Below are positions 9,348-22,566 of a stretch of DNA of 64,000 bases, one piece after another. The first letter of the stretch is position 1; each line of letters opens with the position of its first letter. The stretch is from an uncultured Nitrospiraceae bacterium. GTDB lineage: Bacteria; Nitrospirota; Nitrospiria; Nitrospirales; Nitrospiraceae. The DNA is taken from assembly GCA_963730935.1 (NCBI GenBank), contig CAVSTP010000004.1, positions 1,184,001 through 1,248,000 on the forward strand, read 5' to 3'. The notes beneath the pieces were generated by a model, which saw nothing but the letters and a program-made list of their open reading frames with translations, was not told where the DNA came from and did no database searches. A program made the translations under genes and the position numbers.

Positions 9348-9700
9348 AAAAGCCTCCGGCTTTTAGGTTCAGCCGGTTTCACAGGCTGACACAGGTCACA
9401 CTGGCATAGGCCGCGCAGCAACGTATACGAATAGATACCGGTATCGTGACCGTCGCTCCATTTAAACTGCAGCGCATATCGGCCGACCGGCTCGATGTCC
9501 TGCAGCATGATCAGCAGCGGTACGTCGTCGCTGTTCAGCCTCCTCACGCCTGTCCATTCGTCGACGCAGGCCGCGCAGGGACAGTGAAGTCGAAGGTGGC
9601 GAACCGGATAGACACCGCGGTGCCCGTCGCTCCACTCGATACCGAGCACACCCTTGTCCAACCAGGATAAATCTTTAGGTTCAAGTTGAGTGTCTGCCAT
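9344..9700 (-). CDS. DUF971 / GBBH-like N-terminal domain protein
   Basis: WSDGH, LRLHCPCAAC, VGRYALQFKWSDGHDTGIYS. Confidence 0.88.
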   Translation of the reverse strand: MADTQLEPKDLSWLDKGVLGIEWSDGHRGVYPVRHLRLHCPCAACVDEWTGVRRLNSDDVPLLIMLQDIEPVGRYALQFKWSDGHDTGIYSYTLLRGLCQCDLCQPVKPAEPKSRRLL

Positions 9701-9726
9701 GTGCACTGATTTCACTCGAGCAGAGA

Positions 9727-10479
9727 TCACACCGACGCCGCCAAAAAATCCACAGGGGGGAGGCGCCTTCCGGCCACCACCGTAACATAGCTCTCAATGG
9801 CCTCCTCCACTTCGCCTCGGACCTGGCCGGCAGCCTTCAACCGCGTGACCATCGCCGGCGCCAGCCGCAAGGCTTGTTGAAGAAACGCCAGGCTGCCGCG
9901 TGATAAGGGCAGGCATGGAACCCGTTGTCGGGCCGCGCAGGTCACACACACGAGGCCGCCGGATGCAGGAGAAAACTGCGGCTCCTGAATCTCTTTGGTC
10001 CTACCGCAGGCCGCGCAATGGTCGGTCTGAGGGCGAAAACCGGTCAAGCCCAAGAGTCGAATCTGAAAGAGTAACGCGGTGAGCGCCGGATCGTCGCTCG
10101 TGACCAATGAGCGAAGCCCGTGCTCCAATGTATCGAAGAGATTTGGGTCGGGATCGCCATCCGGTGTGACAGCGCCCACGACATTGGCCATTCGAGCGGC
10201 CGCCGCCATCATCGTCAAATCCTCTCGGAATCTCACAAACGGCTCGATCAGATCGACCTGGGAGACCCGATACAGCGTATCCCCGGATTTCTCGAAAAGG
10301 TTCAAGTCACACAGGGTCAACGGTTCGAGCGCAGCACCCATACGACTTTTGGGTCGCCTGGCCCCCCTTGCGACCGCGCGAATTTTTCCCAAATGTTTTG
10401 CGTAGAAGGTGACGATGCGGTCGGCCTCGCCCCACTTGAGGCTTTTCAAGGTAATAGCCTGAGTCTTCACCAGCGGCAT
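9727..10479 (-). CDS. recO: DNA repair protein RecO
   Basis: GEADRIVT, GKIRAVARGARRPKSR, CAAC/CVTC zinc finger. Confidence 0.92.
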   Translation of the reverse strand: MPLVKTQAITLKSLKWGEADRIVTFYAKHLGKIRAVARGARRPKSRMGAALEPLTLCDLNLFEKSGDTLYRVSQVDLIEPFVRFREDLTMMAAAARMANVVGAVTPDGDPDPNLFDTLEHGLRSLVTSDDPALTALLFQIRLLGLTGFRPQTDHCAACGRTKEIQEPQFSPASGGLVCVTCAARQRVPCLPLSRGSLAFLQQALRLAPAMVTRLKAAGQVRGEVEEAIESYVTVVAGRRLPPVDFLAASV

Positions 10480-10533
10480 ACAGTCACCCAGCGAACGAGA
10501 GCGATACAAGAAGACGCAATCCGAAGCTCGCCA

Positions 10534-11997
10534 CTATCGGAGATATTCCATAAAGATGGTGGCAAGCGTGAGGTAGATGGTGATGCCCGTGATGTCGTTC
10601 GCCGTCGTCACGAACGGCCCGGCCGCAATGGCAGGATCGACGCCCACCCGTTTCAAGAGAATCGGCATGAATGTGGCCATGCTGGTAGAAACGAGGAACG
10701 CAGTGATGAGCGAGACTCCCACGACCACGCCGAGGAAGCCTTGATGCCAGATCCAACCGACCAGCGACAATATTACCCCGCAGGCCACGCCCATCAATAG
10801 TCCGATCTTCACCTCGCGGAAAAAGACGTTCCAGACGTCGGTCACTTCGACCAACCCGGTCGCGAGTCCACGGATGATGAGCGTGGACGACTGAAGTCCG
10901 ACGTTGCCGCCCATGGCGGCGATCACGGGAATGAAGCTTACGATGGCGACGACTTCTTGGATCGTATAGCGAAACTCCCAGAGAATGGCACCGGAAAGCA
11001 AGCTGCCGACGAGGTTGGTGAACAGCCAAGGTAGTCGTACTTTGGCCGCCGCAACGCTGGAGGCCTTCGAGACCGCCTCCTCTTCCACGGCGCCCGCCAT
11101 CTTCAGCATGTCTTCGGTGGCTTCTTCCCGGATCACGTCCACGACGTCGTCGACTGTAATGATGCCGACCAGCACGCCGTCTTTGTCCACAACGGGAATG
11201 GCGAGGAGATTGTAACTGGCGACCTGACGCGCCACTTCCTCTTGGTCCATGTCCACCGTGACGCTGATGACCTCGCGGGTGGCAATATTCTTGAGCGGGG
11301 TCGCGGGCGGCACCGTCAAGAGCTGGCGCAGCGACAGGACTCCCACCAGATGATCGTCCTTGTCGGTGACATAGATGTAGAACACCATTTCAGCGTCCGT
11401 CGCCTGCTGTAGGCGCCGGATCGCATCCTGCGCCGTCGCGTCTTCGGACAGCGCAAAAAATTCCGTGGTCATGATGCCGCCGGCCGTATCTTTTGGATAC
11501 TTCAAAATGTCGGCGACTTCTGTCGAGTCCTCGGTGCGCATCAACGACAGAATTTCCTTCGCGCGCTCTTCCGGCAACACACCGAGGATGTAAGCGACGT
11601 CGTCGGGAGCCAGGTCTTTGATCAGCCAGGCGATATCGGACTGGAGGAGATCTGACAGGACTTGGGTGATGCTGTCCGTATCGAGTTCGGACAGAACCTG
11701 GCCGCGCTTGGATTCGCCGCGGACCAATTCAAAGACTTCGCGCTTCTCTTTCGGAGAGGAGAGATGGACGATGACCTTGGCAATATCGGCAGGATGCATC
11801 CGGCCCAGCATTTTTGCCAGGTTGGTGATCGCACCTCGTCGCAACAGGCGTTGCACGGACAAGAGCACGATGTCGGACTTGGTCTGCCCTCGCTCGCCTT
11901 GATCCTTCAATGCGTCGCGCAAAACATCTTTATCCCCGGCGCGGGGTTTCGGCTCGAGGGATCGGACTTCAGGCAGTTTTTCCATCGGCTGCATCAC
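10534..11997 (-). CDS. mgtE: Magnesium transporter MgtE
   Basis: TAGGIMTTE, CBS pair, GIITVDDVVD, RLPWL, GGNVGLQS, DPAIAAGPFVTTANDI. Confidence 0.95.
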   Translation of the reverse strand: MMQPMEKLPEVRSLEPKPRAGDKDVLRDALKDQGERGQTKSDIVLLSVQRLLRRGAITNLAKMLGRMHPADIAKVIVHLSSPKEKREVFELVRGESKRGQVLSELDTDSITQVLSDLLQSDIAWLIKDLAPDDVAYILGVLPEERAKEILSLMRTEDSTEVADILKYPKDTAGGIMTTEFFALSEDATAQDAIRRLQQATDAEMVFYIYVTDKDDHLVGVLSLRQLLTVPPATPLKNIATREVISVTVDMDQEEVARQVASYNLLAIPVVDKDGVLVGIITVDDVVDVIREEATEDMLKMAGAVEEEAVSKASSVAAAKVRLPWLFTNLVGSLLSGAILWEFRYTIQEVVAIVSFIPVIAAMGGNVGLQSSTLIIRGLATGLVEVTDVWNVFFREVKIGLLMGVACGVILSLVGWIWHQGFLGVVVGVSLITAFLVSTSMATFMPILLKRVGVDPAIAAGPFVTTANDITGITIYLTLATIFMEYLR

Positions 11998-12004
11998 TGA
12001 CCTG

Positions 12005-12889
12005 CTAATACCCCAGTTCGATGAGCACGTGCTCGTCTTCGCGCCACGCTTCCCGCACTTTCACCCATAACTGCAAAAATACCTTCATGCCAAACAGTCG
12101 TTCCATCTCGAGTCGGGCCTCGGTGCCGACTGTTTTCAGTCGCTCCCCATGTTTCCCAATGACGATGGCTTTGTGCGCCTCTCGTTCGACCAGCACGGAC
12201 GCACTGATGCGGGCCAGTTTGCCTTCTTCGACAAACTCGTCGATCTCAACGGCCAACGAATAGGGTATCTCTTCATGGGTCTGGCGCAACAGTTTTTCTC
12301 GAATCATTTCGGCAGCCAACGTTCGCATCGTTTGGTCGGTCACTGTCTCATCATCGTAGGCTCCATCGCCTTCGGGAAGATGCGAGACCGTGACGGCCAC
12401 AAGACGTTGCACGTTATCTCCCGTCTGGGCCGACACCGGCACGACCTCGGTCCAGGCAAACATCCTGGCGTACGTCTCGATCACGGGAAGCAGCTTCATC
12501 TTGTTCACAAGATCGACCTTGTTCAGGACGAGGATGACCGGGCGCGGCTGTTTCTTCAGGGCCGCCTTCACATGGTCCAAGACAAGAAGATCGCCTGGTC
12601 CCGGCAAACTAGTGGCGTCCATGAGCACGAACAGAAGATCGGCCTCTTCCAGCGTTTCTACAGCCGTGCGGACCATCCGACGATTCAGGAGATGCTGCGG
12701 CTTGTGCAGGCCCGGCGTATCCAGCAGGGCGATCTGCGCGTCCGGGGCGTGCACCACCCCGAGAATCCTGGTTCGGGTCGTCTGCGGCTTTTCCGAGACG
12801 ATGGCAATTTTCTCGTTCAGCAGGCGATTCAGCAATGTGGACTTCCCCACATTCGACCGTCCGATGATCGCTACTGTGCCAAACTTCAT
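12005..12889 (-). CDS. era: GTPase Era
   Basis: GRSNVGKST, KPQTTR, DTPG, NKVD, EEIPY, KH-domain VIGKHG. Confidence 0.97.
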   Translation of the reverse strand: MKFGTVAIIGRSNVGKSTLLNRLLNEKIAIVSEKPQTTRTRILGVVHAPDAQIALLDTPGLHKPQHLLNRRMVRTAVETLEEADLLFVLMDATSLPGPGDLLVLDHVKAALKKQPRPVILVLNKVDLVNKMKLLPVIETYARMFAWTEVVPVSAQTGDNVQRLVAVTVSHLPEGDGAYDDETVTDQTMRTLAAEMIREKLLRQTHEEIPYSLAVEIDEFVEEGKLARISASVLVEREAHKAIVIGKHGERLKTVGTEARLEMERLFGMKVFLQLWVKVREAWREDEHVLIELGY

Positions 12890-13236
12890 GGCCGGACTCG
12901 CTCCTCGGAGCGGTCGGGCACCACCTGGTACACCGTTTCACCCTTCCGTACATAGCCGAGCCGTTCCCGCGCCAACTGTTCGATCCGTGCAGGATCATGC
13001 TCCAGTCGATCGATTTCTCCACGCAAGACGGTCGTGGCCCGTAGCAGGTCCTGAATGTCCCGTCCAAGCTGTTGGGCATGGTCGCGCATGAAAAAATAGC
13101 GTGGAAGTCCCATTTCGCCAAAGAAGAGGGCCAACAGCAGCAGCAGGCACATGCCGGCGCCGATATACTGTGCACCGGTCACCCAGCGCCGCTGCCAATC
13201 CAGCCACTCCCGCCCGCGATTACGTTTAACGATCAT
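12886..13236 (-). CDS. ftsB: Septum formation initiator FtsB/DivIC family
   Basis: One TM, coiled coil, IEQLARERLGYVRKGE; follows eno. Confidence 0.8.
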   Translation of the reverse strand: MIVKRNRGREWLDWQRRWVTGAQYIGAGMCLLLLLALFFGEMGLPRYFFMRDHAQQLGRDIQDLLRATTVLRGEIDRLEHDPARIEQLARERLGYVRKGETVYQVVPDRSEERVRP

Positions 13237-13259
13237 TCAAATCAGTACCTGATACGACT

Positions 13260-13320
13260 GGATGCTGTTCAAAAAGGCGTTAGTCTCACCCGCCCACCCC
13301 ACCGCTTACTTCGCAATCGA
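13260..13320. repeat. Degenerate left-end fragment of intergenic MITE-like repeat
   Basis: GGATGCTGTTCAAAAAGGC resembles end GAATGTTCAAAATGGTC of the element at 19007-19120. Confidence 0.45.
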
Positions 13321-13351
13321 TTCCCCGGAACACCCCACTCCGCGATCCTCA

Positions 13352-16082
<2,731 letters not shown>

Positions 16083-16100
16083 CGCCTGTCAGTGATCGCT

Positions 16101-16400
16101 CTACGTTCGCTCCCGTTCCTTCTTCATCGCCTCGCGACCGGCATCGAACGCCTCGCGCAGGACCGATTTCCTCGCCTCAACGTATTCTTTACCTTCACTC
16201 ACCGCCTCTTCGAACCGTTGCCCGGCTTCGCTCGCAGCCTCACGCAACGTATCCTCCGCTTTACGCGCATAGCCTTTCAGCTGCTCGCGTGTTTTGCGTC
16301 CCGACTGCGGCGCAAGCAAGAGCGCAGCAATCGCACCCAACGCCGCTCCACCAAGGAACGCCACTACGCCGGTTGCCCCAAATCCCCGTTCATGCTCCAT
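16101..16400 (-). CDS. YtxH-domain protein
   Basis: FLGGAALGAIAALLLAPQSGRKTR. Confidence 0.85.
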   Translation of the reverse strand: MEHERGFGATGVVAFLGGAALGAIAALLLAPQSGRKTREQLKGYARKAEDTLREAASEAGQRFEEAVSEGKEYVEARKSVLREAFDAGREAMKKERERT

Positions 16401-16803
16401 TGTGTGGTTCTCCTTCCTCCCGATACCGTTCACGCATGACGCGTGTAGCAGCCCTCACGCCGGCCACGAGACTGGCCACATTGGTCAGTAATGTGCCGCT
16501 GGATCCCCGCACGACATCATGGACCTGCTGAACAGACTCTCCCACTTCTCCGACGGCATGAAGCAACACCGAAGCATGCTCCACCCCGTCACGCGCCTGG
16601 TCGGCCAGGGCATTGAGATTGTGACTCATCGAACGGAGATCCGACACCAGTGCCGGCAAATCGGCATTCATCTTGGCCAACAACTGCCCAGACTCAGCTG
16701 CCGTGTGACGGAGCCGGATCAGCACTGGAACGAGAAAGCCAACGAGGACCGCAAAGGCCACGGCACCAAGACAGGCGGCGAGTTCCATAAGGGTCATAGA
16801 CAC
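16390..16803 (-). CDS. DUF948 (YoxC-like) protein
   Basis: N-terminal TM AVAFAVLVGFLVPVL followed by coiled coil; paired with YtxH. Confidence 0.75.
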   Translation of the reverse strand: MSMTLMELAACLGAVAFAVLVGFLVPVLIRLRHTAAESGQLLAKMNADLPALVSDLRSMSHNLNALADQARDGVEHASVLLHAVGEVGESVQQVHDVVRGSSGTLLTNVASLVAGVRAATRVMRERYREEGEPHNGA

Positions 16804-16836
16804 CTCCGGGCTAAAAGCGGTGGCCGGTTGAGCATG

Positions 16837-18303
16837 TCATCGCACGATCGGCTTCTTGACGTGCCACTGAGTCGATTGCTCGTAGGCATGGGCGGCCCGA
16901 AGCAACGTCTCTTCCTCGAAGGCCCGTCCGATCAATTGCATGCCGATGGGCAGACCGGCCTTACTGAACCCACATGGAACGGAAATGGCCGGCAGGCCGG
17001 CCAGGTTGATCGAGATGGTGTAGATATCGGAGAGATACATTTGCAGCGGATCTTCACTTTTCTCTCCTAGCCGGAATGCGGGCGTCGGAGTCACCGGCGT
17101 CACGATGAGATCCACCTCGTTGAATGCCGCGCGGAAATCCTGACAGATCAGCGTTCTGACCGCCTGCGCCTTCCCGTAGTAGGCGTCGTAATAGCCAGAA
17201 CTGAGCGCATAGGTGCCGAGCATGATACGGCGCTTGACCTCCGGTCCGAATCCTTCTTGTCGCGTTTTCATATAGAGGTCGAGCAGATCCTTGGTTTCCT
17301 TGGCGCGCAGCCCGAACTTCACGCCGTCATATCGCGCCAAATTGGAACTGGCCTCGGCCGTGGCGATCACGTAATACACGGCGACCGCCGCGTCGGTTCT
17401 GGGCAGATGGATCTCTTTGATCGTGCCGCCGAGATTCTTCAGTTCATCGATCGCGGCGCGGACCGCCTGCTCGACTTCTGGATCCAGCCCCTCGGTGAAG
17501 AACTCCGCGGGCACGCCGACGGTCAATTTCTTGAGATCCTTCTTCCTCAGCGCTTTCGTGTAATCCGGTACGGGCAAGTCCGCCGAGGTGGAATCCATCG
17601 GATCATGCCCGGCAATGGCGCCGAGCAACATCGCCGCGTCGGGTACGTCTTTAGTGATGGGCCCGACTTGATCCAATGACGAGGCAAACGCGACCAGCCC
17701 ATACCGCGACACCCTGCCATAGGTCGGCTTGAGGCCTACAACGCCGCAGAAGGCCGCCGGCTGACGAATGGAGCCTCCGGTATCAGACCCGAGTGCCGCC
17801 ACGCATTCATCTGCAGCCACGGCAGCGGCCGATCCTCCGCTTGAACCGCCCGGCACACAATGGAGGTTCCAGGGATTGCGGCTGGGACCGAAGGCCGAGT
17901 GTTCGGTTGACGATCCCATGGCGAATTCATCGAGATTCGTCTTGCCCAGAAGAATGTAGTCCTGTTCCCTCAACTTGGCGATGACCGTCGCATCGTACGG
18001 CGGGATGAAATGTTGCAGCATGCGTGAGGCGCAGGTGGTCGCCACCGCTTCGGTGCAAAGGTTGTCCTTGATGGCCAGCGGCATACCCGTCAATGGTCTG
18101 GTTTTGCGCCATCCCTTCAGCCGCGTGTCGAGTTCAGCGGCGTGTTGAAGGGCTGCGTCCTTGATCTGCGTCACATAGGCCTTGACCTTGGACTCGACCT
18201 GGCCGATTCGGAGCGCATAGGCGCGCACGATTTCCACGGCCGTCACTTCTCCGGCCGTGAATTTTTTCTGCAATTCGCACAACGACAGCTTGTGCAGCGC
18301 CAT
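16837..18303 (-). CDS. gatA: Asp-tRNA(Asn)/Glu-tRNA(Gln) amidotransferase subunit A
   Basis: [47 protein letters not shown]. Confidence 0.97.
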   Translation of the reverse strand: MALHKLSLCELQKKFTAGEVTAVEIVRAYALRIGQVESKVKAYVTQIKDAALQHAAELDTRLKGWRKTRPLTGMPLAIKDNLCTEAVATTCASRMLQHFIPPYDATVIAKLREQDYILLGKTNLDEFAMGSSTEHSAFGPSRNPWNLHCVPGGSSGGSAAAVAADECVAALGSDTGGSIRQPAAFCGVVGLKPTYGRVSRYGLVAFASSLDQVGPITKDVPDAAMLLGAIAGHDPMDSTSADLPVPDYTKALRKKDLKKLTVGVPAEFFTEGLDPEVEQAVRAAIDELKNLGGTIKEIHLPRTDAAVAVYYVIATAEASSNLARYDGVKFGLRAKETKDLLDLYMKTRQEGFGPEVKRRIMLGTYALSSGYYDAYYGKAQAVRTLICQDFRAAFNEVDLIVTPVTPTPAFRLGEKSEDPLQMYLSDIYTISINLAGLPAISVPCGFSKAGLPIGMQLIGRAFEEETLLRAAHAYEQSTQWHVKKPIVR

Positions 18304-18309
18304 GATGAT

Positions 18310-18666
18310 CTATTTCGACTCGACGATCCGATTCTTGTCGTTGACCCGCACGATCCTCGGCGCATGTCTTTTGATTTCTTCCTCGCCGTAATACTCGTAG
18401 CAGAAAATGATGATCTGATCACCGACAGCGGCCTTGCGCGCCGTAGGGCCGTTCAACACGATCTCCCCGCTTCCTCGGCGCCCGCCAATCGCATACGTCA
18501 TAAACCGCTCGCCGTTGTTCAGATTCGAGCAAATGATGGCCTCGTACGGCAGAATGGCCGCCGCCTCCATCAAGTCCTCGTCGATCGTCAAACTGCCTTC
18601 GTATTCCAGATGGGCACCGGTGACGGTCGCCCGATGAATTTTCGATCGCAGCATTTGTCGAAACAT
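18310..18666 (-). CDS. panD: Aspartate 1-decarboxylase
   Basis: SKIHRATVT, YEG|SLTID autocleavage site, NGERFMTY. Confidence 0.93.
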   Translation of the reverse strand: MFRQMLRSKIHRATVTGAHLEYEGSLTIDEDLMEAAAILPYEAIICSNLNNGERFMTYAIGGRRGSGEIVLNGPTARKAAVGDQIIIFCYEYYGEEEIKRHAPRIVRVNDKNRIVESK

Positions 18667-18696
18667 TGTGACTCCACTCTCGACGATACCGTGGTC

Positions 18697-18990
18697 CTAC
18701 CGCTCCTCAATGATTTTCGGCACTGCAAATCCGTCCGCTTCACGTTCAGGCGCATTCGCCAGCGCCTTCTCGACAGGCAACGACGGCTGGACGATGTCCT
18801 CCCGAAATACGTTGACCTGCCCGAGCACCGTCGCGGTCGGCTCCACGCCCGCGGCATCGTACTGTTTGAGCGTTTCCACGTGCGTCAGAATCTGGCTGAG
18901 CTGCTTGGCAAACGCTTCCTTTTCAGCCGGCGAGACTTCCAGTCGGGCCAACTTCGCCGCCTGTTCAACGTCCTGCAACGTAATTTTCAT
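18697..18990 (-). CDS. gatC: Amidotransferase subunit C
   Basis: AKLARL, VEPT, REDIV, LANAP, FAVPKII. Confidence 0.93.
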   Translation of the reverse strand: MKITLQDVEQAAKLARLEVSPAEKEAFAKQLSQILTHVETLKQYDAAGVEPTATVLGQVNVFREDIVQPSLPVEKALANAPEREADGFAVPKIIEER

Positions 18991-19006
18991 GGCTGTCGCT
19001 TCTCTC

Positions 19007-19120
19007 GGCGAATGTTCAAAATGGTCTTCCAGCAAGGCCACAGGGAGTCCGGCGATCGAGGTACGTCGCAGAAAGACGGACGACTGAGAACGAAGCTGGA
19101 AGCCATTTTCAACATTCGCC
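19007..19120. repeat. MITE-like intergenic element with ~27-bp imperfect terminal inverted repeats
   Basis: GGCGAATGTTCAAAATGGTCTTCCAGC ... GCTGGAAGCCATTTTCAACATTCGCC. Confidence 0.8.
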
Positions 19121-20949
19121 TATTCCACCGTCACGCTCTTCGCTAGATTCCTCGGCTGATCGACGTCCGCACCACGAAGCACTGCGATGTAGTAGGCAAG
19201 CAGCTGGAGCGGAATCGTGAACAGGATCGGCGACATCAGCGGATGGGTATCCGGGACGGTAAACACGGCATCCGCGGTTCTCCCCAATTCTCGCTCCCCT
19301 TCGGCGACGAGCGCAATCACAGGGGCCCGCCGCGCCTTCACCTCCATCAGGTTGCTCACCGTCTTTTCATAGAGGCGGTCCCGCGGCGCCAGCACGACAA
19401 CGGGCATATCACGGTCGATCAGTGCAATCGGCCCATGTTTCATTTCACCTGCGGCATAGCCCTCCGCATGGATATAGGAAACCTCCTTGAGCTTTAACGC
19501 GCCCTCGAGCGCGATGGGATAGTTGATGCCGCGACCGAGAAACAGGAAGTTACGTTTCTTGTAATAGCGCTTCGCGATGGCCACGATTTCCGCTTCACGA
19601 CCCAACACTCCCTTCACCAGCGTCGGCAGTCTCACGAGACGGTCCAACCAGGCTTTGCCGTCGGCCGCGTTCATCACATTGCGGACGCGGGCCAGATGCA
19701 GCGCCAACAAATACAGAGCGGTCAGCTGGGCCGTAAACGCCTTGGTTGACGCGACGCCGATCTCCGGACCGCAATGCGTGTAGAGCACGCCATCAGATTC
19801 CCGGGCCAGCGAGCTGCCCACGACATTCACGATCGACAGGACGCGCGCCCCTTTTTCTTTGGCTTCGCGCGCGGCGGCGAGGGTATCGGCTGTTTCGCCG
19901 GACTGTGAAATCGTGATGAAGAGATCGTTCTTTCCGACCAAAGGATCGCGATAGCGGAACTCGCTGCCAATATCCACCTGAACTGGCGTGCGGACCATTT
20001 CCTCCAGCAGATATTTTCCGACCAGGCCCGCATGCCAGGAGGTGCCGCAGGCCACGATCCAGATCCGGTCGACAGCCAGCAGGTCGGTCGGCGTGAGGCC
20101 GATGTCGGCTAGATCGGCTTCTCCGGTGTCGTAGGAGTAGCGGCCCCGCATCGTATCGAGAATGGTCTGGGGCTGCTCGTTGATCTCCTTCAGCATGAAA
20201 TGGGGATAGCCGCTTTTTTCCGCAGCCGAGGCGTCCCAAGTGACTCGCGTCGTCTTTCGCGATACTTCCCGTCCGTCCGCGTCGGTGACCTGGACGTCGT
20301 GTTGTGTCACGACCGCCACATCGCCCTCTTCGAGATACATGACGTCCCTGGTATGCGCGAGCATGGCCATGACGTCCGACGCGACGTAGGATGCCTGCTT
20401 CGTTCGCCCGACAACCAGCGGACACCCCGATCGCGCCGCGATCAGACGCTCCGGCTCTTTTTCACAGATCACCGCGAGGGCATAGCTGCCGCGGACTTCC
20501 CTCGCGGCGGCACGCACAGCGTCGGCGAGGTCCAGCCCGCGTTGCAGATGCTTGTCGATGAGATGAGCGACAACCTCGGTATCCGTCTCGGATTGAAACG
20601 CGTAACCCTCTTTTTGCAGTTGCTGTTTGAGCGGCTGGTAGTTCTCGATAATTCCGTTATGAACGAGCACGCATCCGTTGGACCGATGAGGATGCGCATT
20701 CTGCTCCGACGGTTTGCCGTGAGTCGCCCAACGGGTATGGCCAATGCCGATCAAGCCGTTAATGGCCTTTTCCGCCAACGACTTTTGCAGATTCGCGAGC
20801 TTCCCGACGCTCCGGCGGACCTCGATTTTTTCACCCTGCATCACCGCCACGCCGGCCGAGTCGTAGCCGCGGTATTCGAGTTTGGCCAGCCCGGCGAGCA
20901 GAATGGGGACCGCTTCCTGGTTGCCGATATATCCGACGATACCGCACAT
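19120..20949 (-). CDS. glmS: Glutamine-fructose-6-phosphate transaminase
   Basis: MCGIVG, LEYRGYDSAG, GHTRWATHG, SQSGETAD, PRNLAKSVTVE. Confidence 0.98.
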   Translation of the reverse strand: MCGIVGYIGNQEAVPILLAGLAKLEYRGYDSAGVAVMQGEKIEVRRSVGKLANLQKSLAEKAINGLIGIGHTRWATHGKPSEQNAHPHRSNGCVLVHNGIIENYQPLKQQLQKEGYAFQSETDTEVVAHLIDKHLQRGLDLADAVRAAAREVRGSYALAVICEKEPERLIAARSGCPLVVGRTKQASYVASDVMAMLAHTRDVMYLEEGDVAVVTQHDVQVTDADGREVSRKTTRVTWDASAAEKSGYPHFMLKEINEQPQTILDTMRGRYSYDTGEADLADIGLTPTDLLAVDRIWIVACGTSWHAGLVGKYLLEEMVRTPVQVDIGSEFRYRDPLVGKNDLFITISQSGETADTLAAAREAKEKGARVLSIVNVVGSSLARESDGVLYTHCGPEIGVASTKAFTAQLTALYLLALHLARVRNVMNAADGKAWLDRLVRLPTLVKGVLGREAEIVAIAKRYYKKRNFLFLGRGINYPIALEGALKLKEVSYIHAEGYAAGEMKHGPIALIDRDMPVVVLAPRDRLYEKTVSNLMEVKARRAPVIALVAEGERELGRTADAVFTVPDTHPLMSPILFTIPLQLLAYYIAVLRGADVDQPRNLAKSVTVE

Positions 20950-20976
20950 CGCTTCAACTCCCGGCTGTCAGTTCTG

Positions 20977-22566
20977 TCATCGTGATCGTTTGTTTGACGG
21001 CTTCGCGCTCCGTCGCCGTGAGGCCGTCTTGCGTGTCTTTCCGCTGGAAGGACTGGGTTTCGACGTAGGGGTGCCGCCCTGCTCAACAAGGGCGCGCCGC
21101 TTTGCCGCCCATCCGGGCCGTGTGACCTGCATGACGCGGGAAATGACAAGTGAATCCGGCGGAACGTTCTGGGTTACCGTCGTTCCTGCCGCGATCACAG
21201 AGCCGGCGCCGACTGTCACAGGAGCCACCAACTGCGTGTCGCTGCCGATAAACACCCCGTCCTCGATGATGGTCTCTGATTTCCGCACGCCGTCATAATT
21301 GCACGTGATGGTGCCTGCGCCGATGTTCACGCCTTTCCCGATCTTTGCGTCCCCCAGATAGCTCAGATGATTGGCTTTCGAACCTTCACCAAGTTCGGTT
21401 TTTTTGGCTTCGACAAAATTGCCGATCTTGGCGCCCTTCCGCACGAGCACGTGGGGGCGAAGATGGGCGAAGGGGCCCAGCGTGGCATCGTCTTCGACGT
21501 GCGAATCGCGAAACACGCAATGATCGAGAATCTCAACTCGGTTGCCGATCATGCAGTCGGTAATCCTGGTCCCGGAACGCACGATGGTGTCTTCTCCGAT
21601 CACCGTCGTCCCTTCCAGCATCACGTTCGGATACAGCACCGAATCTCTTCCGATGGTGACCCCGGCATCGATCCATGTGGAGGCAGGATCGATCATCCGT
21701 ACCCCAGCATCGAGCCAGCGATGACGTATCTGCCGCCGCACGATCTGTTCGGCCTCGGCCAATTGGCGCCGTGTGTTGACGCCGATGCCTTCGTGCGGAT
21801 CCTCGAGCCGAACCGCCGCCACTCGGCGTCCCTGCTCGACCGCCATCTGCACGATGTCCGTCAGGTAAAATTCTCCCTGCGCATTGCTCGGCTGCAACCG
21901 CTCGAGGGCGGAAAACAAAAAATCGCCTTCAACGACGTAGGTACCGACATTGATCTCATGGATCACTTTGACCACGGCATCGGCGTCACGATCTTCCACA
22001 ATACGTGACACACATTCATCCGATGACGATCTCACGACCCGGCCGTAGCCGCTCGCATCGTCCAGCACCGCAGTCAGGATCGTGACGGCGGCTTCCTGCC
22101 GTCGGTGCACCTCCAGAAGTTCACGGAGCGTCGCTTCCCGAAGCAGCGGAGTATCGCCATTGAGAATCATGAACTGCCCCGGCATGGAGCGACCCGACTC
22201 CACGAACACCGGCCGCGTCTGCAGCACCGCATGCCCGGTCCCCAACAACTCCTGCTGTTCGACGATGGAAATGGGCACATGCCCGTTCCTGTGCCCTGTA
22301 GCGTCCTTGATGACCTGGCTGACGCGGTCGGCCTGGTGGCCGACGATGACGGCAATCTGATGACCGGCGACGCGCAACGCCAGATCCACCGAGTACAGAA
22401 CCATCGCCCGTCCGGCGACCGGATGCAGCACCTTTGCATGCTTGGACTGCATCCGTTTTCCCAACCCGGCCGCCATGACGACAACTGCGACTCCTGGCAC
22501 GGGACGGGCGGCGCTCTCCCGTGCAGCCTGCTTCATCTCTGTCTCCTTCACAGATGCCCGATTCAT
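20977..22566 (-). CDS. glmU: Bifunctional UDP-GlcNAc pyrophosphorylase/acetyltransferase
   Basis: MAAGLGKRM, LGTGHAV, GYGRV, EFYLTD, hexapeptide repeats, HLSYLGDA, TCNYDG; ATGA overlap with upstream stop. Confidence 0.96.
   Translation of the reverse strand: MNRASVKETEMKQAARESAARPVPGVAVVVMAAGLGKRMQSKHAKVLHPVAGRAMVLYSVDLALRVAGHQIAVIVGHQADRVSQVIKDATGHRNGHVPISIVEQQELLGTGHAVLQTRPVFVESGRSMPGQFMILNGDTPLLREATLRELLEVHRRQEAAVTILTAVLDDASGYGRVVRSSSDECVSRIVEDRDADAVVKVIHEINVGTYVVEGDFLFSALERLQPSNAQGEFYLTDIVQMAVEQGRRVAAVRLEDPHEGIGVNTRRQLAEAEQIVRRQIRHRWLDAGVRMIDPASTWIDAGVTIGRDSVLYPNVMLEGTTVIGEDTIVRSGTRITDCMIGNRVEILDHCVFRDSHVEDDATLGPFAHLRPHVLVRKGAKIGNFVEAKKTELGEGSKANHLSYLGDAKIGKGVNIGAGTITCNYDGVRKSETIIEDGVFIGSDTQLVAPVTVGAGSVIAAGTTVTQNVPPDSLVISRVMQVTRPGWAAKRRALVEQGGTPTSKPSPSSGKTRKTASRRRSAKPSNKRSR

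Noticed and set aside
18142..19146. Long antisense ORFs (also 12149-12955, 20200-20985, 41903-42727, 48379-49332)
   Set aside because: Shadow ORFs opposite well-supported housekeeping genes, expected in high-GC DNA
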